64,000 nt of DNA from Marsupella aquatica (lineage: Eukaryota > Plantae > Marchantiophyta), in the NCBI GenBank assembly GCA_973895155.1, contig OZ316892.1:16854357-16918356 (forward strand), in the 5' to 3' direction. This document shows, piece by piece, positions 12,033 to 24,880 of this stretch (its first letter is position 1; every line of letters begins with the position of its first letter). Made by a program: the position numbers and the translations under genes. Below the pieces are notes generated by a model. It was given only the letters and a program-made list of their open reading frames with translations. It had not been told where the DNA came from and ran no database searches.

Positions 12033-13281
12033 TTGACTATTGTTGGACTAACTCGTAACCTGTCTTTCATATGGGCATGCTTGTTTGCCTCCATCTTCAA
12101 TGAGTTGGTGGCTCCAATGAGAAATATTTTTCCTCCCTTCTCAATGAGTTGGTGGCTTCAATGAGAAAGGCAATCTTGTTTCAACTTGCTGATATTGTTT
12201 TCATTTCAGTCATGACATGGATCCATTCTAACCTGATCTTTGCATGGACCCATGCTAAGTGCTCAGGATAGACGCAAAATGCTAAGGGTAATGGAGTGTG
12301 GATCCACTTCTAAAATAGGGGAGCAGAGGTCTGCTGCTAGAATTAGCTAAGCATAAACTCACTACACAAATGAGTGTTGTGACATTAATGTAAAACTCGA
12401 TTTGAGTGATAATATCCAACTTTTATGTCCATATGAGCTTCAACCTCATATACCTCGCCTTTCCAATTCGAAAAAAACATCGCTGTATTCAATTTATCAT
12501 GCTAAGCACACCAATCCACAATGTACTACAAGGTTCTCTCGCTATGGTCTCTGGCCATCTACTGAGTTGTATTGGCAATCCCCTTTGCAACTCAGGTGGT
12601 TCAATAGGATGTGGGGCACTAGTGACTTTTTTTCACAAAAGCAAAATGCAGAGCAATTTCCTGAGACTACCTTTTCCTATGAAGGAATCCAAAGTTTGAA
12701 ATTGTTTAGATCACATCTCCTGGTGATCTAAAATTCTAGACAAAATAAGCAGTACACATCAAACTTTTCTTTGGGCCCATTGTAGGATCAGTTGACAAAG
12801 GATCTGAATGGCCCCCAAGTTCTAGTAAAGGTTTCCTCTAACCCTTTCGACTTATTATTATAGGATCCAGATTCAATCGTAGCAAGAAAAGTAGAAACAG
12901 TGGGCCCAGACATCTGGTGAAGCCACCCCTTGCTTTTTGGGGCACTTTACAAAACGGGCGCCGTAGTTTTAGAGGTTTTTACCAGAGCTGAAAGAGAGCC
13001 CAGATTTTTATGTACGGCTAGTGTTCCAGACCTGACCAAGGCATAAAAACGGGTATACTGCTGAAGACTTGGTGTAAAGCGAATACAGACCGGGCAGGCT
13101 GAACCTTTACCATCCCAAACGTGGGAAGCTGTAGGGCTGGCAGGAACTCATCGTAGGCAGCAAACAGTTTACAAAGGGAAAACGTCGGGATCAAACGAAC
13201 CTTCATGAAAGTGCACACAAAGTGCATACTTTGTGCAAAATATTAGGTTTTCACTTCGAGCACACTGGGAGTATATTGGAA

Positions 13282-15185
13282 ATGGACATCGAGAGAGCCA
13301 GTCTAGGGGCAAGTGAAGAACACGAGGCTAGTGAAGAACTGGAGGCGACAAGACATTGCAGCCCGGGACATCAAGCAGAAGAAGCAACATCGAACTCTGC
13401 TCTGTCCAATGCCAGTAGGGAGGTGAGCACTTATCAAATTTCCTGAATTAAGAATGCGTATTGTAAATTGTAATCAGCTCCCTGTCCTGCTCTATTCTCT
13501 TTTGTGCTCTATTCCTTGTCAATATGTACCGTGCTCTATTCCCTGTCAATATCTGCTTGTCATGCTCTATTCCGGTTGCAACTCTACAAATTGGAAGCTA
13601 CGTATTGTCTGAATGCACTGTAAGGTATTTCCCAAATTTCATGAACTTCCTGAATTGAGAGAAACGCCCTGAATAAATGTAATTGAACTTCTTGTTTGTT
13701 TAATTTTCAGGTTGACAGGAGACAGATAATTTTGATTCTCATAATTCTAAACTTAGTTGTCCAAATCATCATCATTCACAACAATCAGACAAACCAAGCT
13801 GCTCTAGTATTGGCTACCACCGCCATGTCCACAATTCAATCGTTCAAGATGCTTTCACAATTCTTGCTCTCGCAGTTTATGTTTGCATAGGGACGATGGA
13901 TTTGGAGGAAATAGAGGTGTGTGTGGAGATTTGAACGATCCTCTCCTTTTGTAGATAAAATTCTCCTACGGGCCCATTCTGAATATGAATTCAGGCGCAG
14001 GGTAAGGGTAAGTCAGCCCACATTTTATTATTTATGTTCCCTTTTAGCACCAGCATTGCAGAAAAGTAAAAAAGGGGGTGGGATTCCATTGGAAACCAGA
14101 GTTGCATTATCCCTAAACCGACTTGGCACTGGCAATTATTTGCTAGCATGTGCCGATATGTTTGGGATGTCTGAAGGCTTGGCATCCATTGTTGTCCGTG
14201 AGTTTTGTGAAGCTGTTGTGAAGATCATTCGTCCACTAGTAGTAAAGAGGTGGACTCCAGAAACATTGAAAACCTTAGCCAGTGAATTTGAAGCCGAGCA
14301 TGGTATCCCATACATCATGGGAGCCATAGATGGGTCCCATATTCCTATCATAGCACCTCCAGCACCATGGGACCCAGACACCTAGCTTATTACAATCGAA
14401 AAGGATTTTATTCTGTACTTCTCCAAGGAATTGTTGATGTGAATACATCATTTTGGGATTGGGATTTCGGGTGGGCAGGCTCACTGCATGATTATACCAT
14501 GTTTATTCATTCAGATTTTGGTAGAGCTATAATGACAGGGAGTTTTGCTCCTTATAAAATCATTGGAGATGCTGCTTATCCATTCAGGCAATGGAACTGG
14601 GTTCCTTTCAAAGGGAGTACAGAGCAGCTCCAACCACACAAGGCCCATTGGAATTTTATACAAAGCATCACCCGGATGTGTGTGGAATGAGCATTTGGAG
14701 TTTTGAAAGGGAGATGACAGATTTTGTTGAGGAGGATTGAGATGCGCATTGAACACGTCTCTGTCATTGTTTCAGCTTGTATTTGCTTGCACAATCTATG
14801 TGTGGCACACAAGGACTTTATTGATGAGCAGATGGTCGAAGAAGCCAAGAAATGGCTGAAGATGCAACAGATTAGAAGCTTTGGGAATTTGCAGCAAGTG
14901 GGCACAGTGAAGATTATGGACTATGGTCGGTCTGAGGTGAACCGAGCACGCATCAACATTGAAGAGCTTATCAAACAAGCAGCAGCCCCAGACCCTCACT
15001 TTGTCAATGACTTACACAGTTCAAATAGCTCTGATGTAGGAGCTTTAGAGAGAGGGATCAATATGCACAGACAAATGGCTCAGGCCTTGTTCAGCCGCCA
15101 CTTGAAAGAACAGGTGGATTTGCCTAGTGCTTTTTTTGAAAAGGTGAACTCAGCTGAAGAGGAGGATGGCACTTTTGCAGAATAA
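13282..15185 (+). pseudogene. Harbinger (DDE_Tnp_4/HARBI1-like) transposase pseudogene
   Basis: Exon 13282-13422 plus exon from 13711. Motifs FRRRVRVSQPTFYYL, GAIDGSH, YYNRKGFYS, IGDAAYP, VE*AFGVLKGR*, ACICLHN. In-frame stops at 13888, 13912, 14688 and ~14715, and a frameshift near 14380. Confidence 0.9.
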
Positions 15186-15577
15186 CATTGTTGACAATCT
15201 GTAGGTTATGAACGACAACAATGTTAAACATTTGAGCTATCTATGTGTAATAAACATTGCCATTCAATGGATGCCATTCAATATTACATGAAAACAATGC
15301 TCTTTGCAAAAATGCAGTACATTTGAGAGCCCTACTTGTATGTCTTGGATCCCTACCAAATTGCTAAACTGAATATGATTTAAAAGCTGCTAATCTAGCC
15401 TTGTCTATCCCGAATTCTGTGAATTCAAATGGGTAATTGAGCTTCCAGGGATCTTTATAAGTGTCCCATGGGCGAAAACAAATGTTATCATCCCAAGAGT
15501 CCTCCACAGTAAGAGATACTTGTTCTGATTGAACAAAGTGCTCCCTGCCATGTCTACACATCCTGCAAAGTTGAAAT

Positions 15578-17232
15578 TTATAACTTGTCAATCAATCGAG
15601 CAAGATGTGTCTTCAGCTCTTTCAATACTGAAGTGTTTTCATGAATATCTGTAGCTATGGATGTTGTTTGAATCACCATGGCAGATGTTTGAGACACCAT
15701 TTCCTTTGTTGACTGAACCATGTCACACATCATTGCCGACATGTGCTCTCCAGAGGATCTCTTGCCTGTTCTACTAAGGGTGCTAGAATCAAATGAAGGT
15801 TGGGGACCTGAAATTGAGACCCCAGGCTCTGATATGTTTTCAGCAGAGCCTTGAGCTTCACAAGGCTCATTGAGGTCAGGGGGACAGGGATTGGGAGTAC
15901 CTCGTGTATCAGAATGGATCAGTTTTCGAACATTCAAGAGGTTGTTGAATCCCTGGTCAATGTGCTCAAAGAATTTACAAGTGACCTTCCTGCCCTCACC
16001 TGAGATCTGCAGGAGCCATTTGTTTGTACAATATTGCCGGTAAATTGCAATCCATTTCTTTTGACAAGCTTCAGCAGATTTTGTAAAGTTATCACAAGCT
16101 GCAATCATCTTGATTTGCAGCTTCTCCCACATGTTAATTCCTGCCCAACATAAAATCACAGAAGAAGTCAGGAGCAAAACTCGAAATCTGAAATCTGAGG
16201 AAACTTTCAGAGTCAACCCTAAACTTAGATACTTGCTACAATCTTCGACTACAATTTTGAGCAGCAAAATTTTGAGCAACATTTTGAGTACAATTTCAAG
16301 CAGAGATTGAGTACAGTTTTGAGCAGAGATTGAGCACAATGTCAACTACAATTTTGAGCACAATTTTGACTACAATTTCGAGCAGAGATTGAGCACAGTT
16401 TCGACTACAATTTCGAGCACAATTTCGACTACAATTTTGAGCACAATTTCGACTACAAATTCGAGCACAATTTTGAGCAGAGATTTGGAGCACAGATTGA
16501 GAACAATTTTGAGCAGAGATTGAGTACAATTTTGAGCAGAGATTGAAGCACGAAAGTGAGTAGAGGTTCACCTTGTTTCTTGGCATTCAGCTTGAATTCT
16601 TCATCCATCTCACTCCTGAAAGCTATGAGTTGTATTACATCTGCATCCTCCCAGCGAATTGTTGAAGATTCGTCAACATCTTCATCCCCTTCTTGATCAG
16701 CATCGATGTTCTTGGCCTTCTTGGCCTTCTTTGAGCTCTTTCTCCCAGCTACCCGTTTCTTCCTAGCAATCGCCCCCTCACTGCTTGTAGGCGCTACTCG
16801 TGCATTCTTTGATGCTTGGCGCATCTGCATAGAGGGAATTTCCTGGCTTGCTTCGGACCAGAATGGATTTCCTAGGCACGACTTCTGATCAAATGAAGTT
16901 GATTGAGAGAAAAAAGGACCAGAGGAAGCAACAGGCAACAACTGAGGGGCAGGAAATCGTGAAACCAATGGAGGGTCGTTCATGAGTGCCATAAACTCTG
17001 CATTGGACATATTGTGGGGTCCTTGGGAAAAATCCTGCGAAAATTGAGAATCTGACACTACAGGTGTTGATCGCATCTTCTCATGCCAAGAAGACAAATT
17101 ACCAACTCCTGCCATGTCTACACTGTCGTGAACTCCAACACTGTTGCGATCTCTTCCTGGAAAATCCGAAATTGAATAACAAGTGCTCCCAGATGAGGAG
17201 CTGCTGGACCATATATTGTCGTTGTCCTCCAT
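15578..17232 (-). CDS. Harbinger Myb/SANT-like (trihelix) DNA-binding protein, ~407 aa
   Basis: Exon 17232-16572 and exon 16140-15578, joined by a GT-AG phase-1 intron, give RWEDADVIQLI..KQG|INMWEKL..ACQKKW. No stops. Confidence 0.85.
16245..16545. repeat. ~12-bp minisatellite in the Myb gene intron
   Basis: Alternating ACAATTT(T/C)GAGC / ACAATTTCGACT / AGAGATTGAGC units. Confidence 0.9.
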
Positions 17233-19234
17233 GGTAGGGGCGCGTAAGAATGCAACTACTTGAAATTTGTAATTTGAAGCCTCTCTCAAAGCTCCCTCCC
17301 AGCCCCCAAGTTTGAATCGCTCGCGGGAAGCATTAATTTTCAGCTGAACCAATACCAAGAATAATGGGAAATCACAAGGGCAAGACGGCCAGAACATTAT
17401 CGCACCTCCTTTGGTGCGATAGCCTTCCGCCCGGCTGAGAGCCCCAGGCCTGTTGAAAAGTACCCGAACCATGGGCACACGCAGGTTCGGGGACCCCCGA
17501 CTCACAACTTGCTGCACTAAGTTTCTAAAGCAGCATCAGCCCGGGCAGGTTGAATGAACGGTTCAGATGAAAAATATCAAGTGTAAAAGAGAAGTGAAGT
17601 GCGGCGCCTGTTTTGTAAAGTGCCCCTTAGCAGGTCTAGATGTCAAACAAAGGGGCATCCCCATCGGAGGAGAGATTCAACGGCCTGGATATGATCCACA
17701 CAACAGGGCATAAGGGGAGACAGTTAGATCCCCTGATAGCATTTCGGCGTCATTTTGAGTCACAGTCTCGGCCCCACAGCACCTGGATGGACAATGTGAA
17801 TTTGGGATCAACCATTCTTTTAAGCTGCCAAAATTAGCAAATTCCACCCACTGAAAAGTCTTCGTCACTTTTCTGTTGGCTAGAGTTGGCTAGGCTTTTT
17901 TGGCTTAGATTAGCCAGTTTTCCACCTATCTCCTTAGCCAAAATTTAACGGGTCTCCTTAGTCACACCTGCCCTTCAAAAGCTACAGGTTACTCCTAACT
18001 ACCTTTAAAAGTAACTTTATCTTAAAATAATGGAACAAGCTAGCAGGATAGAGGAGAAAAATGTGTGAAGTGTAGAAAATGGGGGGAAGTTTCGGACACT
18101 TACCCCCTTATTATATATGGCCCTTATATGGCAAGTGGGGGTTTAATTCTAGCGAGATCTAACGGTCGAAACTGAATCCACGAAAAGTAGAGAATGAACT
18201 TGGTTGGCGTCTTCTCCTTCTCAATCGGTGTACATTCGTTTCGTCACCCTGTCGAAAAGAAAAACCTTAAATTTACATTACCCTCCTTGAGTTCTTCAGC
18301 CAAATGCTTCGTGCAATGAATGCAATGGTGAAGTTGCACATTGCACGAAGTTCACTTGTCGGGATGAGGTTCTATCACTTCGATGCGGTGGGCTCGGTGG
18401 GAGGTTGCTCATCGATTTCTGGTCCGTCGTCCTCGTCCCCGTTCGGCTGTCTGTCGTCCGGTAGTTAGTCGACATCATCCCGTGAGTTGCGAATTGTGGC
18501 TGTTCAGAAACGCTCGCAGTCTCGGACTCTCGGTAGTGTGATGCTGCTGTCTCTCCTTCGGCGCCTCTACCTCCGGCACCGGCTGTGACCACACCACCCA
18601 TGTGAATTGAGGCCTCCTTCTGTTCGAGACTTTGACTTCTGGGCGTATGCGTATGAAGACGACAGTGGTTGTGACGGAGCTCGCGAAATTACGGTACGTA
18701 TCGAGTTTTAGTCACCGTCAATTCTTTTTTTGGAAAAGCACACGCTTCTGGCGGACAGGAGGTTTCGTTCTGTCGTGATATGAAGTCAGCTGACTTGAGA
18801 CAATTCTCCTGATGTTTCGCAGGCAAGGGTGATTTATGGTTGTCTCTGCGCTTTCGGGTGAGACAGAAAAAAGAGAGCAAGCGGAGTGGTATATTGTAGA
18901 GGTCCTGTTGGTTTTCGGAAACTTGTGCTCAGGACCCGCCAAGGACGAACACCCTTCCCACACGCTTTGGGAAGGGAAGCTGTTGAGTGTGTTGCTGTTA
19001 GATGGTGGAGGCAGGAGCTTCAGTGTGTATGCAGCGCGATGAGTGAGTGAGGGAGTGAGATTTCTGGCAAGTTGGAATGGGCAACGTCTGAATAGACATT
19101 CAAATTGAACTAGTGGATAGGGTCAATGGGAAGACAGTACCGTGGAGAATTTGGTGAACGTTTGAGTTGGATTCTGGCATCACAGTGGCGCTTCCGAGTG
19201 GCAAAGTATTTTTTGTAGCAGTTGTTGTTGGGCT

Positions 19235-22200
19235 ATGGACTTCCGGGAGCCACTTTTAGGAGGAGGGGCCGATAATTCTTCTAGCACTAGTTCCAGAGCT
19301 ATCAGGAAGAAATCCGACCATCCAATTCTGAATTTGATCAGTCCAAGGCGGGGACCCAGTCTGCGTTCAACAGACCCATTTGCCACTTGCAACTTTGATC
19401 AGGGTAGAGAAGGACCGGCATTTCAGGTTGGGTCCGTACCAAAATCCCGGTTTGCTTCACCTGAAGCAACACCCTCTTCGTTAGAATCGTCGAGTTTCTT
19501 GGGTCATAGCAGCTTGCTACCACTGAACTTGACTGGAGTAGGAACATTGCCTCGCATTCCAGAGCAACCCGGTTCATCAGCAGCAAGAGTTGCAGAGCAG
19601 GAGCAGGGCAATGATCCGGACGTGGAGGCCTGCACCTCAATAGACGAGAATTATGCTTGTTATGATGATTATGGCTACGACAGGAACCGGGGGATTTCTG
19701 GAGAGTCTCTCACAGATGACGCAGAAGAAGGCAAAGAGGAGAAGGAAAGGGATAAAGACGACAAATCCAGCTGGAGATCCGGATTGGCAGGATGGCTACT
19801 TTCTGTCCCATTGCTCCCATCACTGCCCGACGTTCTCAACCCCTTCTCGGCGTCACGGGGCGACGTCGACGACGACGATGACGACGACGACGACGACGAT
19901 TACACGCGATATCAGAGATGTGATTCATGTAACCGGATCGAACATGTTCATGTTCCTGCTGCTGATTATAAGGTAGCAGCAGAACAGCAGGATGGCCCGA
20001 GAACTCCGAGAAGATCTGGGGGCATTAAAGAAATGTTTTATTCCTCGCTTCCAGCGTCGCTTATTTCGCTTCCAGCATCGCTTACTTCGCTTCCTGTACT
20101 CATCAAGGACGCTTGCTTAGAGCAGTCTAATCATTCGCTAGATCCAACAGGAGTTTTAACAGGAGGCTCGCAACCAATACAACCATCAGCGAAAGTGGTT
20201 TCGATAAATGAGGACGGTGAAGCACAGTATGCGCATGCCCGTGTGTCTTCTGACCCGTGTAGCTTGCACAATTGTGTTGGGAAGACTGAGAAGAAAATTT
20301 TCCGAAGGTGCAAAACAGCTCCCATGCTCACTGGCGTGGTCAATTTCCACACGAAAATATCGCAGGCTAACACTCGCTCAGGTGGGCCTCAGACGAAGCA
20401 CACGGCATCGTCCGTCGTGTGCCAAGCCACCATAGGCTTATTCGTATACCTGTCCATAGGAGTGATCATCTACACTTGGAAGAGGAAGGACTTCAATGGC
20501 ATAGAAACGGTGGGAGTGATCGATGCCCTCTATTTTTGCATTGTGACAATGTGCACAATTGGATATGGGGACATCACTCCAATCACCCCGTCAGCAAAGA
20601 TCCTCGCTTGTGCGCTGGTGCTCGTGGGTTTCGCTTTTATTGACGCCGTGTTGAGTGGAATGGTGACCTTTGTGCTGGATCGTCAAGAGCACCTTATTCT
20701 GACGGTCATTGAGGATGGTCACCACGAAAGGGCTAAGAATATTGTCATGGATACGAAGAAAGGAAGGATGCGCATTCGAATGAAGGTACAGTACAGCAGC
20801 AGAGAGAACCTTCCTTTGCGTGGGAAGTTTTAGTGAATTTCAATTGAGCCTGTAAGGCACTTACAAGGACGGGGGAGACAGAGAAGAAAGACTATGTTAG
20901 ACTGCCAAAGTTATCAATTCGAACTAGTTATTATTTTCAACGGACCCCATTGGAGTAACTTTGTGTCACATACAGCCATTCCCTTCTGAGCAAAAACTGG
21001 GTAGGGAAAGCTAGACTACAGTATAGTATCACTCGTTAGCTTAAAGTTGCTTGCGTCGAGGCCGTGTTTTACCGAATTTTATTTTCCATCCGGCGAAGTA
21101 CACTTACTACTGCCTCAAGCCTTCTTTAATTGAATCTCGAGGACGACAGTGGCGAACTGCAATCTGCAATCTGCAATCTGCAGTTATTTAGGATTCTGAC
21201 GTAGGCCTAACCACTAATGGATTTTGCAGCATTCTCGTAAAAACGGTTTTGTGGACTGCGAACGACTAGATTACTACCACTTGGAAATGAAAATTTGATT
21301 GTTGTTAGAGATGTAGCGTAAATTGCTCTTGATTATTGGTGTTTACATCAATGGGTGACGTTGTGATCGTCCTCTGACTTTATTTTTATTGCAGGTGGCT
21401 TTGGCCGTCGGTACCGTGTTGTGTACAATGTCAGTTGGTGTCGTTGTTCTCCACTACATGGAGGAGTTATCGTGGATTGATTCAGTTTATGCGACGTGCA
21501 TTTCAATCACCACAGTTGGGTACGGAGATGTGTCATTTCAAACCATGTCTGGGAGGCTATTTGCAGCTGTGTGGCTTCTGTTCAGTACGCTAGGGGTTGC
21601 CCGAGCTATTCTGTTTTTGGCGGAGGCAAGAGTTCACAGCAGACATCGTCGTCTTGCGAAGAGAGTATTACGGAGGAAAATGACGACGAATGATTTGATG
21701 TCAATGGATCTGGATAATGATGGACACATCAGGTGAGTTTTCTTGTCCCGCTGATCTTCTAGAATTGAATGTCTTTTCGGCAAACGGAAACCTTGATGAT
21801 GAAGGCTACTGTAGTTTTAGATTTCAGAGAGGCTATGATAGGACTAGATACAAATATCTTTTTAATTCATAAGCTTGTCAATTATCGGGAAGGAGCTTCT
21901 GAGGTCATCTGTGGAGTCATCCCTGTGAGTCTGATCGAATAAGCTGGTCAGTCCACATTCAGAAGACTGAGCCCAGCCGAAAGGATCGTCCCTCGTTTGT
22001 GACAAGACAGAAGTTGAAATCAAGGGTTATATCTTCGGGCCTAGGTTTCATTTGCAATTCCTGAGCTAGTTCACACCGATGACCTAAACTTAGCCGCTGC
22101 CTGGCTATGACCGCATTAGGTGCCAAGGAACCTTGCAAAATGTGCACTATTCTGTAGTCTGGCATTTTCTCGTGGGCAATGCCACCTGATAGCACTCCAT

Positions 22201-23001
22201 TTTTGTTCGGAGAAATGGAGTCCATCAATTGGGTTGTGCTTTCTTTTTCTTACCTTTCCAATCAATGCACTGCTGGTGGATGTGTGCTCCCCTTCCTGCC
22301 ACTTCTATCTAAATGTTGAGGAACCTATAATATGTGACACGGTCCTTGACCAGGTTGATTACCATGCATCACCGTAAGTTTGGCATAGATGCCGTTTTTC
22401 TGCTACTTTAATCGGCAGTTCTACTCTCAGCTATAGGATAGATGTAAGTGCCACATCTCCGGCTGTAGAGTCCATGCAATTTTTTTAAAGTTTCCAGGAC
22501 ACTGAAGGGCAGGATCCAGCTGCTTCTGACAGGGTTTGTCAGAAACCTACAATAAACCTTCGATTGCAAATAGATCTCGTCCCCTCTACATGGTTCTTGG
22601 CCTACCATGGTAGGCCCTCGAATGTGTATTCCGTGTTGTCAGGTCATGCATTTAGTCGTAATGAAATAAAGACGATTTCAGTGTCCCTCCTGTCGCTGCT
22701 CAGGAGTCACAGTGCTTGTTCTTTTCTGATAGTCATTTTCTTATCTTTTTCTGTGCGGTGGTTTAATTTTGAGTAGAGCAGCAAATCAGTCTCATGGTAT
22801 TATTGTTGAGAATGTTTCATCTAACTGATGTTGCTGTGCCGATGTGAAAACAGCAAGGCGGAATTTGTGGTTTACAAGCTGAAGGAAATGGGGAAAATTG
22901 GCGAAAATGATGTTGTTGAAATTTGTAAGCAATTCGAATACATTGACGACATGAATGCTGGAAAGATTACTGTTGCCCAACTACTCGAAGGTGATGGATG
23001 A
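19235..23001 (+). CDS. TPK: Two-pore (TPK/KCO) vacuolar K+ channel, ~678 aa, 3 exons
   Basis: Exons 19235-20785, 21395-21732, 22854-23001. Two pore loops (TIGYGD, TVGYGD), EF-hand DLDNDGHISKAEF, N-terminal EPLL and an RRCKTAP motif. Confidence 0.93.
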
Positions 23002-23829
23002 TAAACCAAGGCATCCTTTTCGTCTTGTACAAATGTCAGAGTACATTTTTATACCATCAGATTCCCAACATTTGACAACAGAATTCTCTTGAAGTAATTA
23101 CTGAAAAGGGCTATCTGCACCATTTGACGGAGTCTGAGTTTCTGTTTTAGAGAAACAGATATTATCTCGATCTCTATGCAGTTACCTCCGTTATCCGAAG
23201 TCATTGCACCTGAAGGGCTATATTTTCAGCAAGCCCTGATTCAGGTTTTGTTTGACAGCCATTTAAAAACGACGTCGGGAACCACTTTTTCCTCAGCAGT
23301 ATCACGAGAAGCTAAAATTTGTAGTGACATTCTCTGTGGGAGTGGATATAATCATATCGAGTTTTTTGTTTGGATGAGAAACTGATGACAAGGGTCTCTA
23401 GGCAAAAATCATGTATAGACTAGTAGTTGAAAAATTCTTATTACCCTGCTTTAGGGTTTAGGCTTTCTGAATAGTCTGGTATCACCGCTAGCCATTTGTT
23501 AATTCATTTTATCCATTACTAATATGAGATGGACTCCAGGCTAGGGTACCAGAGATTAAGAGGTGGTAGTCTGAGGGTTCTCGAGAGGACATCGTGAACA
23601 ATTAATTGACCGCATGTTTGCAGTGTCGAGGGAATGCCAGGATTGTGTCTTGCTAGATATGAGGGTAACCATAGTTTGTTGTCATGACATTTTTTCTGTG
23701 CCTGTGTTGTCTCTTTTCCATTACGGACATTCAGCAAATCGCTGAAAGTCTTCATGTACTATGTTATTGCCCCTCAGTGCTACCATAATACACTCGGACA
23801 GGCGTCAAGATTCTGTGGGACTCAGTTGA

Positions 23830-23993
23830 AGCTCTCTAACCTGTTATCTACATCTATAATATAGAATCCCTGAGTTAAAATCTCTAACCTGTTATATACA
23901 TCTATAATATATACTGCCAAAAGAAGTACTCTGATTTAAAGCTCTCTAACCTATTCTATAGATCTATAATATAGAATCCTGCCAAAAGAAGTC
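23830..23993. repeat. Short tandem repeat x3 containing a Helitron-like ATCTATAATATA motif
   Basis: tctctaacct(g/a)tt..atctataatata occurs three times. Confidence 0.75.
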
Positions 23994-24529
23994 ATAGCAT
24001 CTGTTTTACAAACTAGCTTTTAGTGGGAACTCATGTCCAACTTTAGATATATGCTGTCACTTTTGGAAACTGCAAGATTATCTAAAACTTGAGGCAACTT
24101 ATAAACTGAGTCAATGTGTATAGATACATCAATGAAAAATGATTCTTACATACAATATAATGGACATGAGTACATTAGTTAAGCGGGACAAGGTACAGCC
24201 TACACTCAATCATTATGGGGAGAACCCTAAAGAGACTGAACTAAGATCAAGAAATAGTTTCTCATTTATTATTTAGTTTTTCCTTTTTTGTAGAAGGGTT
24301 TTATTTCTTTCCATTTTAATTTTTTCGGGCAACAAGTATATATTATAGTTTCACTTCCGGATTACGAGGAGGGAGGAGGGTCATGCAAGGTTGACCACAA
24401 ATGTTCTATATGATGAAGTTTTCTATTGAACGTGAATAAATTTTGCATGAGTGTAGTATCATTCTCTTCAAGATGTACTCATATTTGTATTTAAGTATCT
24501 TCTATATTTATCTTCATCATCTTTGCTTC

Positions 24530-24880
24530 TCATGACATCTTCTTTCATGTTGACGTCTTTGTCTCATGTCGACATGTTTTTCTCATTTTGGCGTCTTTTC
24601 TCTTCTTAACATATTTTTCTCACCTTGACATATTTTTTCATCACCTTGACATTTATTTCTCACTTGGACATCTTTTCCTTCTCCTTGAGATGTTTTCCTT
24701 TCCTTGACATTTGTTCCTCTCCTCAACAAAGTTTTGTTCACCTTGACATCTTTTCTCTCCTTGACATCTTCTGCTCACCTTAACAACTTTTTTCTCTTCA
24801 ACATTTTCTCCTCTCCTTGACATCCTTTTGCTCACCTAGATATTTTTTCTCTCCTTGACATTTTTTTTCACCTCGACAAT
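24530..24880. repeat. ~19-bp degenerate minisatellite (CTTGACATCTTTTTCTCAC)
   Basis: Many copies. The same unit occurs at ~30520-30850. Confidence 0.85.

Larger units (their letters stand above)
12939..17626. mobile_element. PIF/Harbinger DNA transposon (4.7 kb)
   Basis: 25-bp TIRs GGGGCACTTTACAAAAC(G/A)GGCGCCG at 12939-12963 and 17602-17626 (one mismatch). Flanks are TTT/TTA. Convergent transposase and Myb/SANT genes lie inside. Confidence 0.93.

Noticed and set aside
16296-16586. Cys-rich repeat ORF (CSRNCAQN), and CRISPR-like periodicity
   Set aside because: Translation of an intronic minisatellite. There are no unique spacers and the context is eukaryotic.
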